Source of the DNA: an uncultured cyanobacterium | Lineage (GTDB): Bacteria > Cyanobacteriota > Cyanobacteriia > Cyanobacteriales > Cyanobacteriaceae | NCBI GenBank assembly: GCA_963710605.1 | Contig: CAVQBA010000004.1 | Location: forward strand, 1,024,001 to 1,088,000 | Reading direction: 5' to 3' | DNA length: 64,000 nt | Shown: one piece after another, positions 61,128-64,000 of the stretch | Layout of the letters: each line of letters starts with the position of its first letter | Numbering within the stretch: position 1 is the stretch's first letter | Translations under genes and position numbers: made by a program | Notes under the pieces: model-generated | Seen by the model: the letters and a program-made list of their open reading frames with translations, nothing else | Database searches by the model: none | What the model was told of the DNA's origin: nothing

Positions 61128-61874
61128 TTATGGTGTTTCTCCCTCAACAGGTGGCTGTTCAGCTACAGGTGGTTTGACATCAGCAAAAACTGCTTGGAAA
61201 GTAACCGTTGTTTTCAAAGTTGGTTGCCCTACTGCTGATAGCTGATTATTTTGCAATAAGTATTTAGGTGGTTCAACTGTATCTGCATTCAAGTTTTTAA
61301 CTATCAGTAAAGGTTGTAAACGTTCTAAATCTTGCAAAAATGATTGTAATTCAGAAAAAGTTCCTTCCAAATCAAGATTGTATGTTTTTACTTGAACATT
61401 ATTAGTTGCTAAACTACCTAAAGATTCATCCGTTAAAGGTTCTTTTTCGCCTGTAGGTACATAACTATTGATAGTTACGTTAGTTAGTTCAGCAAAATTA
61501 CTCACATCTAAGAGTAATGTTTCTAACTCATTATCGCTAGAAAATAATTGAATTACCTCTTGTTTTAGATTTTGTGTTTGCTCTAACTCTGCACGTTTTT
61601 GAGCAATAATTACTTCTAATTGGTTAGAATTTAATTGGTTAAGTTGTCCTTCTTTTTCTTGTCTTTGAATTTTTAGCTCGGATAACTCTTTCCAAGCTGG
61701 AAGAACTTGATTAGAGATTAAATAAGCGGCAATTAATGTCCCAAGTACACCTAGTATAATACCAATAATTTTCGGTGTAAAAGTGACACCAAAGGCTTCG
61801 GGATAATCGGGTTCGCCGTCAAAACCGCCGCCTTGAGGATCAAATTCATCAGAAGTAGTAAAAGATGTGGTCAT
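61128..61874 (-). CDS. pilO: Type IV pilus assembly protein PilO
   Basis: N-terminal TM, coiled coil, TLLLDV, FLQDLERLQPLL; overlaps the pilN stop. Confidence 0.88.
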   Translation of the reverse strand: MTTSFTTSDEFDPQGGGFDGEPDYPEAFGVTFTPKIIGIILGVLGTLIAAYLISNQVLPAWKELSELKIQRQEKEGQLNQLNSNQLEVIIAQKRAELEQTQNLKQEVIQLFSSDNELETLLLDVSNFAELTNVTINSYVPTGEKEPLTDESLGSLATNNVQVKTYNLDLEGTFSELQSFLQDLERLQPLLIVKNLNADTVEPPKYLLQNNQLSAVGQPTLKTTVTFQAVFADVKPPVAEQPPVEGETP

Positions 61875-62695
61875 GGTTGAGTCTCTCCTTCAGATATTGG
61901 TTCGGTAACGTATATATCAGGAACTTGTAAGTCTAAAGCCCCTTTTCTTCTTAAAGTAGTAATTCGAGAAACTAAACCTGTTGCCCCTTGACGGTTAAGC
62001 TGGTTTAGATACTGAATCGAGGATTCTTCGGTGATTGCTGTGGTTATAGTATAAGATACTACCTTTGGTAATTCAACCTGTACTCCTGTTGGTTGACCAT
62101 TTTGTTGGTCGTTGTTTGTATTTAATTGTGAAAGATTAAATATAATTTGATTGGGATTGTCAACTAGACTAGTCGTATCTAATTTGGTAAATTCGGCATC
62201 TAATAAAGGAGAATTTTTTAAAGTTAATAATAAATCATTAACACGATCGTAAGAATCAGCATACCCATTAATTGATAATGTTTTGCTATCAACTTGAGAA
62301 ATGGCACTAATTTGCATATCTGAAGGTGTAACACTAGCAATTTCTGAGAGCATAGCTGACCAAGGTTTAAGTTGCTCAAAAACACTAACTAAAATCGCAA
62401 CTTCTCGGTTAGCATTGTCAATTTCAGCTTGAATTTGTTGTACTTCTGCTGTTTTACCTTGTAACCGTTGAATTTCACTATCTAGTTGGGCGATTTGTTT
62501 ATTTTGACTAGATTTTTGGGCATTTAAAAGTAATAATGCACCACCAGCAATTCCAATTAAAGCTACTGCTATCCCACCACCGATAAAAAGAGGTAGTTTT
62601 TCTTCGTTAGATACCGATTTTTTTCTATATGCGGTAGGGCTACTTAATGCATCTAGTTTACGGTCTTTTAAAAAATTAATATCAATATCATACAT
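61871..62695 (-). CDS. pilN: Type IV pilus assembly protein PilN
   Basis: MYDIDINFLKDR, TM, PWSAML, VNDLLLTLKNSP. Confidence 0.92.
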   Translation of the reverse strand: MYDIDINFLKDRKLDALSSPTAYRKKSVSNEEKLPLFIGGGIAVALIGIAGGALLLLNAQKSSQNKQIAQLDSEIQRLQGKTAEVQQIQAEIDNANREVAILVSVFEQLKPWSAMLSEIASVTPSDMQISAISQVDSKTLSINGYADSYDRVNDLLLTLKNSPLLDAEFTKLDTTSLVDNPNQIIFNLSQLNTNNDQQNGQPTGVQVELPKVVSYTITTAITEESSIQYLNQLNRQGATGLVSRITTLRRKGALDLQVPDIYVTEPISEGETQP

Positions 62696-62697
62696 AA

Positions 62698-63813
62698 TTA
62701 ACTTATTCTCATCCCTAAGCCTAAAACTGTACCTAATCCTGCTCTTTGCATAGCAGATAAATCATCTTTCATAGTCAAAGAAAGTGCCGAGATAGGATCA
62801 ATTCTCATAGTTGGTAAACTCACTTTTTTCGTGAAATATTCATCAATTTGAGCAAGTCCAGCACCCGGTCCTGCCAAGAACATCTGCACTACTTCAACAT
62901 CACCACTTTGGTTAAGATAAAAATTAATCGATCGACGTAATTCATCAACTAATTCACCCAAAACTCTTAAAAGCGAATCCATCCCTGGATTAATAAAAGT
63001 CTGACTATTAGTAGTACTTGTACTGGTTTTTTCTGATGGATTACTAGGAATAGTGATTTCTTGTAATATTTCTGTATTTTTAGAAGTAGGTAAATTCATA
63101 GCTTGTGCTAGGGCAGTTTGCATCTGATAAGTACCAATTGGAATTGTCCGAGTAAATTGAGGTACACCTTCAACAATAATAGCAATTTCGGTCGTATCAA
63201 ATTCAATATCAACTAAAACTACCGCCTCAGAAGGTGAAAACTGTTTTAATTGTTCTTTAATAGTTCTAATTAAAGCAAAGCTATTAATTTCGAGAACATT
63301 AACCTTTAAACCTGCTTGTTGAAAAGTTTCTAAATACAAATCAGTCACTTCTCGACGAGTTGCCACTAATAATACTTGTACTTTTTCAATTCCATCTTCA
63401 TCTACAAAATAACCTAATTTTTGATAGTCGATATCGACTTCTTCTCTAGGATAAGGTAGATAAAGAGCGGCTTCATGATTTAAAACCATGTCTTTCAACT
63501 CGGTATCATTTAATTCGGCAGGAATTGGAATCAGTCGTAGCACCGATTCTTTCATCGGTACTGCGGTAGCTACTTGTTTGGGTTTAACTTTTGCTTCTTT
63601 AACTAATTGGTCAATTAGCTCAGCTAAAGCCGAAGAATCAATTATTTGACCTTCTTCAAATATTTCATCAGGCACATCTAATGCCAAATATTTTAATAAT
63701 TTGTACTGTTGTCCTTTCTTTGTCAGTTGAACTAAAGTAATTTTATCGGGGTTTATTTCTATTCCCACACCATTACTGTTACCACCCAACATATTATCTA
63801 AAAAACTGGCCAT
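62698..63813 (-). CDS. pilM: Type IV pilus assembly protein PilM
   Basis: GVGIEI, YLPYPREE, ELRRSINFY, LAGPGA, LGLGMR. Confidence 0.95.
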   Translation of the reverse strand: MASFLDNMLGGNSNGVGIEINPDKITLVQLTKKGQQYKLLKYLALDVPDEIFEEGQIIDSSALAELIDQLVKEAKVKPKQVATAVPMKESVLRLIPIPAELNDTELKDMVLNHEAALYLPYPREEVDIDYQKLGYFVDEDGIEKVQVLLVATRREVTDLYLETFQQAGLKVNVLEINSFALIRTIKEQLKQFSPSEAVVLVDIEFDTTEIAIIVEGVPQFTRTIPIGTYQMQTALAQAMNLPTSKNTEILQEITIPSNPSEKTSTSTTNSQTFINPGMDSLLRVLGELVDELRRSINFYLNQSGDVEVVQMFLAGPGAGLAQIDEYFTKKVSLPTMRIDPISALSLTMKDDLSAMQRAGLGTVLGLGMRIS

Positions 63814-64000
63814 TTCTTAACTCCTTATCCGTAATTTTACGTAGGAAATATGAAGTCTTTATAAACTTATATTATCTTACCCAATTTAAACGATTTTGAC
63901 GATAAATTTATGGATATTTACAAACAAAGTATAATCTAAGATTGTCTAGTCTGGATCATAATGATAAAGTACCTGATTATTACATCTAGTCTGGTTGTTA

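Overview
This is a low-GC cyanobacterial chromosome segment, probably from a Cyanobacterium/Geminocystis-like unicellular strain (inferred from gene content, heptamer repeats and abundant CGATCG). The first ~490 bp hold the terminus of what looks like a type V-K CRISPR-associated transposon (CAST). It has two 37-bp repeats ending TTGAAAG, a truncated repeat with a 17-nt spacer matching the adjacent tRNA-Pro(UGG) behind a GTN PAM, and a TGTACA transposon end with three TnsB-like sites 70 bp from that PAM. cas12k, the tracrRNA and the tns genes are not in the window. Most of the rest is housekeeping: groESL with CIRCE and K-box, clpB, recF, ileS, mtnP, hik2, ispF, rpsB-tsf, pth, NFACT/rqcH, hisB and pilMNOQ. 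There are two accessory patches. One (16.4-22.7 kb) carries a pair of STAND-like ATPases and a GNAT-like gene, a candidate uncharacterised defence or signalling system. The other (27.8-30.2 kb) carries an orphan aldolase, DUF6172, a Sel1 protein and a toxin-antitoxin pair. Many small mobile repeats are present, including one translated in-frame inside IleRS. Several conserved genes carry single-base lesions concentrated in CGATCG and GGACC motifs, most likely methylation-linked sequencing errors rather than true pseudogenes. All family assignments come from reading the sequence; no database search was run.
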